NCBI RefSeq assembly: GCF_009914755.1
Contig: NC_060932.1
Reading direction: 5' to 3' (one strand)
DNA from: the human T2T-CHM13v2.0 reference genome, Homo sapiens
DNA length: 64,000 bases
The position numbers were made by a program, and so were the translations under genes. Every line of letters starts with the position of its first letter. The first letter of the stretch is position 1. A model generated the notes under the pieces. That model made no database searches. It worked only from the letters and a program-made list of their open reading frames with translations, and had not been told where the DNA came from. This document shows, piece after piece, positions 41,784 to 64,000 of the stretch.

Positions 41784-44400
41784 ATTTCCAGATGATTTTC
41801 CTTACAGGGTTTAGAAGGAACTTTCTTATTATGCTGGCTCAGTACAACTAATTGCTCTGAATCTTCTGTTTCTTGGGAAAATGGCCTTTTTCAAAGTTCA
41901 GTTTGATTATGTGGCACTTAGCATGAGTGAGTCCATTTAGGTTTGGCCGGGTCTGCTGGGAACTAGAGCAGAAGCTTAGTCCAAATAATGGCCTTCCATA
42001 AATTTTCTTTGACAAAGACAATGCCTTTTTTTTCTCATTTATTTCCCCCTTTTTCTACCTTTGGAGGCCAGGCATTTAAGATTGGACATTCAAAAGCAAC
42101 TGCATATTTGTGGGAATATAGAAACTCACTAAACATGCCTGAGACATAGGCTCAGAAAAGATGTGAGAAGACCTTCAGTTTACATCTCAGGCTGATCTCA
42201 CACAGAGGGTAATACCCCACTGAAAAAAAAAATTTAAAAACAGCCAACAAAAACAAACAGAAGAAAAGCAAAAAGGAGAAAAATCTGTTTTCCAGAGTTA
42301 CCAAATTATAAAATCCAAATATGCAGTTTTTAATGAAAACATTAAAAGACACAAAAAGAAACTAGAAAGTGTTGCCTATTCAAAGGTAAAACAAATAGAC
42401 TGAAACCATCCCTGAGGAAGTTCAGATGGTGGACTTACCAGAAAAACACTTTAATAAAACAGCTGTCTTAAAGATGCTCAAAGAGCTAAAGGAAGATGTG
42501 GACAAAGTCAGAAATATGTATGGAATATCAATGAAGAGACAAAAATCAAAGCAGAACAAAAAAGAAATTCTGCAACTGAAAATTATAACTCAAATAGAAA
42601 ATTCACTAGATGAATTTAAAGGCAGACTAGAGCAGGCAGAAGAAAGAATCAACAAACTTGAATGTAGGAGAATTGAATTATTGCCTCTGAGGAAAAGTAA
42701 GAAAAAAACGGAAGAAAAGTGAACAGAGCCCAAGGAACTTGAGGAAATACATCAGGTGGACAAGCATATGCATTGTGGAAATTACAGAAATAGAAGAGAG
42801 AAACAGAGAAAGGCGGAGAGAGATTATTTCAAGAAATAATGGCCAAAAACTTTGATGTTGTATGTGAATCCACAAATCTAAAAAGTTCAACTAACTCCAA
42901 GTAAGATAAACTCAGAGACCTATACAAAAATGCATTATAATCTGTCAAAAGCCAAAGATAAAAAAAATCTCAAAAGCATCAAAAAATAAATAATTCATCC
43001 AATACAAGTAATTCTCAATAAAATGACCAACAGATTTGTCATCAGAAAACCTTGGAAACCGAAGGTAGTGGGTTGGTACATTCAAAGTGTTGAAAGAAAA
43101 ATAAGTGTCAACAAGAATTCCACGTCAGGCAAAACTGTCCTTCAAAAATGAGGGAGAAATTAAGACATTCCCAGATAAACAAAAACTGAGGGCATTCACT
43201 ACCATTAGACATGCCCTGAAATAAATGCCAAAGGTAATACTTGAGATTAAAGTGAAAGAACAAAAGACAGTAACTTGAAGCCACATAAAGAAATAAAGAT
43301 CTCTGGTAAAGATAAATATCTGGTTTAATTGTAAAGCCAGTATTATTATAACTTTAGTTTGCAACACCAATTTTTATTTCCACGTGATTTAAAAGACAAA
43401 AGCATAAAAAATCATTAGTCTATGTTTTGGAGTATACGATGTATAAAGATACATTTAGTGAAATCAAAGATATAATTAGTGAAAGGTGGTGGAGCAGGAG
43501 CCATATAAGAGCAGAGTGTTTCCATGTAATTGAAGTTAAAAAGGCATAATTTCAATTTATGGCCTGCCATGGCATGAAATGGAGTACAGTGGGCAGAAAA
43601 GACATGGGAAATCTTATTTAATCAGTATGACAAACAATAAGTAGATTGGCAGCTTTGAAAAAGATAAGCTTGGTGTCTTGAACTTTCAACCAAGGCATGG
43701 GTTGAAATCAGAAAGCTTCTATCATGGCCTCCTAGGAACTTCTTATCTCTGCTGCTAGGCTGTAAGTGGCTGAGGGTTGGGATACCTATTCTACAAGATT
43801 CACCTCATTATCCTTCATTGTCTCCAGGCATATAAAAAGAGATAAATTCTAGGACAGATTATTTGTATGAACTTAGAATGTGTTCCCGTAGTTTGCTTAG
43901 TGTTGCCAGGGAAAAAATAGTAATTATAGAATGGAGAAATTAGACAGCACCTTGAACAAGGGAACAAAATAAATGTTGTCAATGACGGGCAAATAGACAT
44001 TTTATGCCTTCAGATATGATACCCTAAGAAGGACATATCAAATATGTGGTATTCCAGCCAGGAATACACAAATGAATCTAAAAATGAGGAAGGATTGAAC
44101 ACGCCCAGAATGAAGAACGTTCTATTTAAAAGAAAATGAAGTCAAACTACATTCTTCAAAAATATCGAAGTCATAAAAGACAAAAAAAAAAAGAGGCTGT
44201 GGAAAAAACACTAAAGGAAAAGTGAATGTAACACCTGATCCACAACTGGACTCCACTAGAGGAGGAAATGCTGTAAAAGACATTATTGGTGAATTAAAAT
44301 ATTGGAATAGAGATGGTAGATGGGTGAAACTATTTTATTAAGGTTAAATTTACTGACATTGATAATTACATTGTGGCTATGTAGAAGAATATCCACTTCC

Positions 44401-44693
44401 AGCTGGGCGCAGTAGTTCATGCTTGTAATTCCAGCACTTTAGGAGGCTGAGGGGGGTGGGTCACTTGAGGCCAGGAGTTTGACACCAACCTGGCCAACAT
44501 GGTGAAACCCCATCTTGATAAAATACAATAATTAGCTGGGTGTGGTGGTGGGTGTGTGTACTCCCAGCTATTTGGGAGGCTGAGGCAGAAAAATCACATT
44601 AACCTGGGAGGTGGAGGTTGCAGTGAGCCAAGATCATGGCACTGTACTCCAGCCTGGGTGACAGAGCAAGATTCTGTCTCAAAAAAAAAAAAA
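44401..44693 (+). mobile_element. AluS followed by (TA)n(CA)n
   Basis: Full Alu. Confidence 0.92.
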
Positions 44694-44927
44694 TTTTATA
44701 TATATATATATATACACACACACACATAAATATATATCCATTTTCTTATAAAATATACTGTGAAATGTCTAGGAGTAAAGAGCTATGATGTATAAAATTT
44801 ATTCTCAAATTTTTCAGTATAAATATTATACATACATACGTATTTATGGAGAGAGAGTGAGCATCTGCACAAATAATAAAGCAAATGAAATTAAAAGGTA
44901 ATAATAAGTGAATCCAGGTAAAGGATA

Positions 44928-45381
44928 TGTATTTGTTTGTTTGCTAGGAATGCCATAACAAAATTCTATGAACTAGGCGGCTTAAACAATAGAAATTTTT
45001 TGTCTCTGTTCTGCAGGGTGGAAGTCTGAGATCAAGTCATTGGCAGGGAAGGTTCCTTCTGAAGGCTGTGGGAGAGAATCTGTTCATGCTTCTTTCCTAG
45101 ATTCTAGGTGATTTGCTAGCAGTCTTTGGGGTTCCTTGACTTATAGACATGTCACATTGATCTCTGCCTTTATGTTCACAGGGCATTCTCCCTGTCTCTG
45201 TGTCCAAATTTCCCCTTTGAAAAAGGACACATCAGATTAGGGCCCACACTAATGACTTCAAGTCAAACATCTGTTTAATTCTGTAAAAACCCTATTTCCA
45301 AATAAGGTTACATTCTGAGATACTATGGGTTTAGATTTCAACCTGTCTGCTTTGAGGGGGACATGATTAAATTCATAGCAA
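44928..45381 (-). mobile_element. MLT1 MaLR LTR
   Basis: gccataacaaaa...gcttaaacaatagaaa...tttccaaataaggttacattctgag. Confidence 0.82.
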
Positions 45382-45705
45382 GTATATAAATAATTTTTAT
45401 ACAATTTTTATTCATGTAGATTTTCTGTAAGTTTGAAATTATTTCCAAGTAAAAAAAAATTTTTTTTAAAAAGGAAAAGAAATTCCTGTATAGCCCAGAA
45501 AGCGAAGTATAAAACCTATTCCAGGAAGAGGTACAGGGTATGCCAAATGAGTTGCAGGATTCTGCTAATTTGTATTAACAGGACCCTTGGAATTGACAAT
45601 AAGGATATTGATCAAATGGGACAAATTATAAAATTAGGGCCAAATTTATCAATATGAGCGCATTTTCCAGGAATTCCAGATTCAGTATGTCCAGTAGCAA
45701 TCTAG

Positions 45706-46002
<297 letters not shown>

Positions 46003-46282
46003 ATGAAACTGCTTTTCAAATGGTCATGCTTTTGTTCTCAAACTCTATGGGCTTACACTGTGATTCTCCTATTAGACCTTTTCAGAGGTTCCACACAGCA
46101 CCCCTACTTGTCACAAACACTATGAATTCTATTGAATGTGTTAGAATAATTGCAGATCTCTCTCTTGCTTCGATCCTGAGATGAGTGTTGAGTACCAAAT
46201 GGCTCCAAGCCAGGCTGAAACATGACCTAGACACAGATGCTGGAATTTTCCTAGCATGCTTTAGAGAAACGAGTATGGTGGC

Positions 46283-46655
46283 TGTACTAGTCAGTTCTCA
46301 CACTGCTATAAAGAAATGCCCAAGACTGGGTAATTTATAAAAGAAGTTTAATTGACTCACAGCTCAACATGCCTGGGGAGGCCTCAGGAAACTTACATTC
46401 ATGGCGGAAGGGGAAGCAGGCATGTCTTACAAGGTGGCAGGAGAGAGAGAGCAAGCATGAGCGCAAGAGGAACTGTCAAACACCTATAAAACCATCAGAT
46501 GTGGTGAGAACATACTCATCATGAGAACAGCATGGGGGAAACTGCCCCCCATGATCCAATCATCTCCTGCCAGGTCCCTCCCTTGACACACAGGGATTAT
46601 GGGAATCACAATTTGAGATGAGGTTTGGGTGGGGAAACAGAGCCGAACCATATCC
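46283..46655 (-). mobile_element. MST/THE1 MaLR solo LTR
   Basis: tgtactagtcagttctcacactgctataaagaa...agccgaaccatatc; 5-bp TSD gtggc/ctggc. Confidence 0.88.
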
Positions 46656-47523
46656 CTGGCTTAATGAGATGGGAATGCTGGAGGGAATTCATTATCTGCA
46701 GTCTGCTCAGCCAACCCCTACCATACACACCAGGAGGGCCCAGAAATGTATTACTGAAGGAAGCATCAACATCCATAAAAATTTTTGTGTTGGCTATCCT
46801 CTGTGGGCCAGAGATGCTGGCATGAGATACCGCCATAGAATTGGGCTTCCTGATTTCAATGGGAATAATGGGATTCTTGCATAGTAGAAGTCACATGGCA
46901 GCACTTGACCATCAGAGGCAATAACCCTAATAGGTCACAGGGATACAGTGGCAACTAGAGCATTTTGGCTCTCAGAGTTGGTAGCAGTAGCTAATGGATC
47001 ATAAAGGTCCTACAAAAGCAACAGATGGGCAGCCTACAGATGTATGACTTGATTTATAACATCAGAGAAAGTCAAAGCCAAATGATCAGAAATCTGACTT
47101 GAGTGACCATCGTAGGAAGAACCCAATTCCCAGACTGCAGCCAGTTCATACACCCAGAGTTCCTTAGCTGAGGTGGAGGCCAGATCCCTTTTAGGAAAGA
47201 CTCTGCAACTTGATCACAATTTCATACCATACATCATCCTCAAAACCTTCCACAGAGGGACCTCCAGCCATTTAACAGGGTGACTGGCCATTAAAGGAAT
47301 GGAAAACCCAGGCCTCCTCGTGTTATTAGACACTGACTCTGAATTAATATTGACCACATTAGTCTACTGGTCAGGTGATAAGTGTGTTTTGGTCCAAGCC
47401 CATCTCACAGTGGGTCCGATGATGCTCACAGGAAATGATCCTGTGATTATTTCCCCATAGACACATTTCACAACTAGCAAAAAGAATCCTCGCATCCATT
47501 CCCTGACTAATAAAATAGGAGCT

Positions 47524-47900
47524 TGTATTAGTCTGTTTTTACACTGCTATAAAGAACTGCCCGAGAGTGGGTAACTTATAAAAGAAAGAGGTTTAATTGA
47601 CTCACAGTTCAGCATGGCTGGGGAGCCCTCAAGAAACGTGTAATCATGGTAGAAGGTGAAGAGGAAGCAAGGCACCCTCTTCACAGGGCAGCAAGAGAGA
47701 GAATGAACACAGGAGGAACTACCAAACACTTATAAAACCATCAGATCTTGCGAGAACTCACTCACAATCAGGAGAACAGCATGGGGAAACAGCTCCCATG
47801 ATTCAATTACCTCCATCTGGTCTCTCCCTTGACACGTGGGCATTATGGGGATTACAATTAAAGATGAGATTTTGGGCACGGACACAGCCAAACCATGTGA
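47524..47900 (-). mobile_element. MST/THE1 MaLR solo LTR
   Basis: tgtattagtctgtttttacactgctataaagaa...cagccaaaccatgtga; perfect TSD gagct. Confidence 0.88.
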
Positions 47901-48137
47901 GAGCTATTATATAGGAAGGGTAGAACTATTATGTAAGAAGAGTAGAAACACTGTTGCCAAAATAGTAAACCAAAAGCAACACTGTATCCTCAAGGGGAAT
48001 TGCAGAGATTAATGCCACCATCAGATCCCTGAAAGATGGGTGGTAAATGGCTCCCATGATATCTCAGTTAACACACCAGAGCATTCATCTTGAAAAAACT
48101 AGATGGATCTTGGAGAACAACTATGTCATAACCTTAA

Positions 48138-48562
<425 letters not shown>

Positions 48563-48593
48563 GAGATATGTATCTTTATACTAAAACAAATTA

Positions 48594-48900
48594 AGACTGG
48601 GTATGGTGGCTTGTGCCTATAATCCCAGCAATTTGGGAGGCCAAGGCAGGAGGATTGCTTGAGGCCAGAAGTTTGAGACTAGCTTGGGCAACATAGCAAG
48701 ACTCCCATCTCTACAAAATAAAAATTTTTAAAACTTAGCCAGGCATGGTGACACGTGCCTGAAGTCCAGGCTACTCAGGAGGCTGGTGTGGGAGGATCAC
48801 TTGAGCCCAGGAGTTCGAGGCTGCAGTCAGTCATGAAAGTGCCACTGCACTTCAGCCTGGATGACAGAGTGAGACTCTGTCTCTAGAAAAATTAAAAAAA
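48594..48900 (+). mobile_element. AluJ
   Basis: TSD aaaacaaattaa. Confidence 0.9.
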
Positions 48901-50263
48901 ATTTTTTTTAATAAAAACAAATTAATATAGCTCCTGATACCTGGTATGTAACTTTTCCCCTAGCAAATGCCGGTTGAGTGGGGCTCAAAGCAGGATAAGC
49001 CTCTACAACTACTGTAACAGATGCGATAGAATTCAAAATGCTTGTGACAGACAGGGACGCTGTTTGGAGCCTCTGATATGGCTAACAGAAGAATCACAGT
49101 GCAAACCCAAACCATGACCATTTGAACACCAGAACCTAGACTGTTATTGGAGCCTGGTAGAGACTGAACCCCTGATCATAGACTATCAACTGACATGTGA
49201 TCTCAGCTGCCCAGCATGAATTTGATATTATCTTAAATATCATTTATGACCCCACCATGAAGTTGGAACTATACTTCCGACTATACTATAGTACCAGCAT
49301 TCTATTACTTAGTGGAAATACAATATTTATGAAAGGGCCTCAGCAGGTCTGAAAAGCACAAGATTTCATCAACATGGTTCAGAATGCCACGTGGCTACAT
49401 CTACTGCCTCGCCACCCTTCCCTGAACTCACATCTTAGCCTCTTGGGAGCACCTGGTATACAGAAGGGTGTGCATGGTATGTGGTCATCTGGAGGCAGGC
49501 AGCCTCTGAATGACAGCCATCTTCAGTGGTAACCCTAAAACACAATGAAGGGAAATATTTCCAGTAGGTAGGACTTTGGGCAGTTCATCTGGGTGGTCCA
49601 CTGTGGAAAGACATCCTGAAGTATGGCTCTCCCTTGGCAAGGGCAGTGGCTGACAGACTTGTCTGACAGGTCAGGGATGTCAAAAGAACAAAATTGGAAT
49701 ACTGGTGTCAAAGAGGTCTAGGAGAGGAGTAGGTGGACTCTTAAAATGGGCACAAAGAGTGAAAACAGCTGCATTCTCTGTAAAACCCCCCCAGAGGACA
49801 CCTATAGCAAAGAAGCATCTCATTAATCAGGTGGAAACAGGATGACTCATCCTGTGATGTCAGTCTCTTTCACCAGCCATGTGGGGTTTGCTCAGTGGGT
49901 CCATGGAAAGAATAGCCATGGCACCAGGGATGCTATGTATGGGCTCAGCATGACTTACTTTCACCAAGGATGACATGTCTAAAACTACTATTGAGCGCCC
50001 AGTCAATGGAAGAAGCCAGAACAAGACCCTCAATATGGCACCATTCCCCAGAAGGATTGGATAGTCACTTGGTGGAAAGCTGATGACACTGGACCTTTTC
50101 CATCGCGGAGGAGGCAATGATTTGTCCTCATGGGAATTCATACTATTATAGATTCAGATAATTCTCCATCACACTTCTGCCTGTTACACCACCACTCATC
50201 CATGTACAGAACACCTTATTCATTACCACTGTGTCTTAATATGTTTTCTGTTAATCATTACCT

Positions 50264-50684
50264 TGTGACTTAGTTTGTTTTCTGTTGCTTATAACAGAAT
50301 ACCAGAAACTGGGTGATTTATAATGAACTTTATTGCTTACAGTTCTGGAGACTGGGAAGTCTGTGGTTGAGGGGGCACCTCTGGAAAGAGCCTACTTGCT
50401 GCTGGAGACTCCCTAACGGGTCCCAAGGCAGTGCAGGGCATCGCATGGTGAGGAGGCTGAGCGTGCTACCTTGAATCTCTCTGCCTCTTTTTATAAAGCC
50501 ACCAGTTCAATTCCCATGATAACCCATTAATCCATTAACCAATAAATCCATGAATGGATGTATCCATTCATAAGGGCAGAGCCCTCATGTTCCAGTCACC
50601 TCTGATAGGTCTCATCTCTCAACATTGCCTAACTGAGAGCTCAGTTTCACCATGAGATTTGGAGGAGACATTCAAACCATAGCC
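50264..50684 (-). mobile_element. MST-type MaLR solo LTR inside the ERV-L integrase
   Basis: cttagtttgttttctgttgcttataacagaatacc...ggagacattcaaaccatagc. Confidence 0.82.
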
Positions 50685-51096
50685 CATTGTATCCCATACA
50701 ATATCACTTCAGACCTAAGACCTCATTTTATGGCAAAAGAAATATAGCAAAGGGAACAGACTCAAGGAATTCCTTGGTCTTACCCTGTTCTCATCACCCA
50801 GAAGTAACTGGCCTGAGAGAATGGTGAGATACAGTCTCCTGGAGGCTTAATTATGGTGTCAGCTAAGCCATATCCTTTGAGGTTGGGTACCATCCTATGG
50901 AGAAGTACATGCTTTAAATCAACCAAAGGTGGAAGGAGCTAGTAGCCTCTCAAAATATACTAATAACCCACTAACAGAATGTTCCCCAATCTTGTGCTCT
51001 GAGGACTTGGAAGAAGCTCTAATTCCTAAGGGAGGAGGGTTTCCACAGGAAACATAGTCCTGGTTCTATTGAATTGGAAGTGAAACTGCCTCCTGA

Positions 51097-51415
<319 letters not shown>

Positions 51416-52694
51416 CTGGGCTTCTTATACTATGGAACTAACAGGTGCAAAAGAAAGGTGTTACTTTATTGGTCAGACAATTGATCCTGATAACTAAGGG
51501 GAAAAAGTTGCTGTTACATGAGCGATGCAGGAGGGGCTATATCTGGAACAGAGAGGATTCATGGAAGCACCTCATGTCCGTCCAGCAATAACTATCGTCT
51601 CTGGGCATCCTAGAAGTGCCTGAGACAGGGATCTGGGAGCACATGATTTATTGAGAAAGTGCTCGTCAGGAAAAACCTACAAAGTGGGGAAGAAGGGTAC
51701 AGAAGAGGAAAGAGCTGAGCATGCGTGTGGTCTCAGGCAGATCCAGCCTTGGCCCCATCCACCAGGGAGGGCTTTGAAATACAAATTATGTCACACATTT
51801 GCCCCCTTTGAAGCAGGGTCACTAACCTTTTTACTATGTATCACCCCCTTGGGAGTGGCTAACTCCTCCAGGAAGCTAAGGGCAGTTCTCTACGGAAGGG
51901 AGCAGTTCTGAGCAGTTAGCAGCCAATACTGACAGCAGTAGAGAGTAGTTGTACTGCCTGGCAAAGGCGATCTGAGCAGGGCATACAATGTCTACTATAA
52001 TCAATGGGAAACAGCAGTAATCCAACACAAACACATACTCTACTGGAAGGTACCAGGAGAAATAGACAGAAACTACAGAGTGGGGATAACTGATAACAGA
52101 TTCCCTAAGGAAGCCAAGGGTATGGGATTAGAAGCACAGGTGAGGATTTTGGCCTTGAACAAAAGGGACTCTTTATCCCTTGAAACTAGACAGAATGAAA
52201 TTTGTATAAAATTAGAGGCTTTATGTACATTTGTAGGGAAGGGCCAAGACATTTAAAATTCACCTAAATTTTATTGCTAGCCTACTATCAATAAGTGTCA
52301 GGCATGTTTTAGGGGCTGGGAAAGCCACAGCATAAAAGACAGGTCAGGTCCATGTCCTGATGGAGCTTACTGTCTGGTAACCCATCAGTTATGAAACAGC
52401 GTAAGGACTGGGGGAACGGGGAGGTAGGGGCAGAATAGGTTTCCCTGAGAAGTGTTATCTGAAATTCAATTAGCCCAACGAGACCAGCAGGGGGCAGTGT
52501 TCTAGGCAGGACAGAGGTGATATTAGCGAATAGTACACATGAATGTGTGGAAACGACAAAGAACATACTACATTGAAGAACTGAAAGCATTTCTGGGTGG
52601 AGGCTCCTAGCAAATGATGGGGCAGAGAGCTAGCTGCAAACCCCATGGAAGCACAATTATAAACCATCAAAGGGTTTTTAAGAATACATATACA

Positions 52695-55568
<2,874 letters not shown>

Positions 55569-56124
55569 AGATGGAGAATCTCCTAGATGTTTTTCATCTC
55601 TTAGATGGAAAACAAATCTGGAGTTTTGGTGAAAAGGACATTGATTGTGGCTGGAGGAGATAATTATAATAATAGCGTAGTTATCTTTCTGTGGGTTTCA
55701 CGTCCAGAACATTTAAAACATATAAAACCCTTGCTGGGTCAGGGTTTTAGTCATCTTTGCAGCTCCCACGGACGGCATCCACCAAAGCGCTTTCCAAGTA
55801 CTTCGTTGCTCAATAAACGTTTGTTGGAGAAACCGGTGCATAAAGGTGAAATAATAAAACGTGGACGGATTTCGGAAAGAGAAGGAACCCCGGAGCTCAC
55901 GCTTTGCACGATCACCCCCACCAGCCCCAGGAGTTTTCGCGTAAATCGAAGCCCGGGGAGTGAGTCGCAGGCAGCGGCCCCCGGGGAAGGTGTTTCAGGC
56001 CGGCCCGGGTGGAGAGTGCTTCCCGCCGCCTCCCCGACCCTCTGCTGTTCCTCTCAAACTTCTTCTCAACCTTCCACGCCGGGGGGACGCCCAGGGACCG
56101 CCCATTCCCCGGGACCGCCCGTCT

Positions 56125-56159
56125 CCCCGCCCCCGCCTCCGCCCCCGCCCCCGCCCCCG
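56125..56159. repeat. (CCCCGC)n hexamer repeat / GC-box array
   Basis: ccccgc ccccgc ctccgc ccccgc ccccgc ccccg read directly. Confidence 0.9.
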
Positions 56160-56460
56160 ACAAACTGAGCAATACCCAGAGAGGATGGAAATGGCGAAGA
56201 GGCCTGGCGCCTGCCCGCTCCCGCGCATGCTCCCTGACTTCACCAAGGTCACGCTGCAGCCCGCAGGAATGAAAATCCACGTCTCCGCATTTTCGAGGTG
56301 ACCTGGAAGCGGTTCAACTGCTCTGGCTTCTCAGAAGAGGAGGGGACCGGGCGGTAACGAGGAGCCAAGGGGAGGAGACTGCTCGCAAAACCCGGAAAAG
56401 CTTTCCCGATCCACTCTGCCAGCCTCCGTGCGCCTCCAGACATGCGCAGTAGCCTCCCCC

Positions 56461-56498
56461 GCGGTGGCGGCGGCGGCGGCGGTGGCTGCCGTGGCGGC
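56461..56498 (+). repeat. Interrupted (GGC)n repeat in the INTS10 5' leader
   Basis: gc ggt ggc ggc ggc ggc ggc ggt ggc tgc cgt ggc ggc. Confidence 0.9.
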
Positions 56499-56559
56499 TG
56501 AGAGTCCAGAGCCGGACGTTCCGGCCGCTTCGGGCTGGCGGCTGGAGAGCGCTCGGGTC

Positions 56560-63993
<7,434 letters not shown>

Positions 63994-64000
63994 GTTGGTT

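Larger units (their letters stand above)
40404..42014 (-). mobile_element. ERV1 LTR (MER67/MER31-like) split by an Alu and MER50
   Basis: TGTTAAAAGA...TTTGACA ends; TSD gaga/aaga. Confidence 0.6.
39980..43400 (+). mobile_element. L1M 5'UTR and ORF1 relic, interrupted by LTRs
   Basis: ORF 42426-42722 (MLKELKE...IENSLDEFKGRLEQAEERINKLE) is ORF1p coiled-coil-like; tccttcaaaaatgagggagaaattaagacattcccagataaac is an ORF1 3' motif. Confidence 0.8.

Noticed and set aside
42426-42722. Coiled-coil ORF
   Set aside because: It is a degenerate L1 ORF1p fragment

Overview
This is primate (human-like) genomic DNA. About 55 kb of repeat-dense intergenic sequence is followed by a CpG-island promoter and the first 8 coding exons of INTS10 (Integrator complex subunit 10) on the + strand. 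The ATG is at 56560, all introns are GT-AG, the phases are consistent, and the gene continues past the window end. From recall, human INTS10 lies at 8p21.3 near CSGALNACT1 and LPL. The upstream region holds about 30 Alus, L1 relics (including an L1PA inserted into an older L1M), solo LTRs (MER51, MER50, MER66-like, THE1, MST, MLT1), DNA transposons (MER1A/B, MER63, MER75, MER20, Tigger4) and a fragmented fossil ERV-L internal region with gag, pro, RT, IN and dUTPase relics in order. Almost every ORF in the supplied track is repeat-derived or noise. I found no convincing new multi-gene system. The best leads are regulatory features of INTS10: an ATG-initiated poly-glycine uORF across a 5' GGC repeat, a candidate poison acceptor/micro-exon just upstream of exon 2, and in-frame alternative acceptors at exons 7 and 8. 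Repeat names and boundaries come from by-eye recognition of consensus motifs and are approximate.
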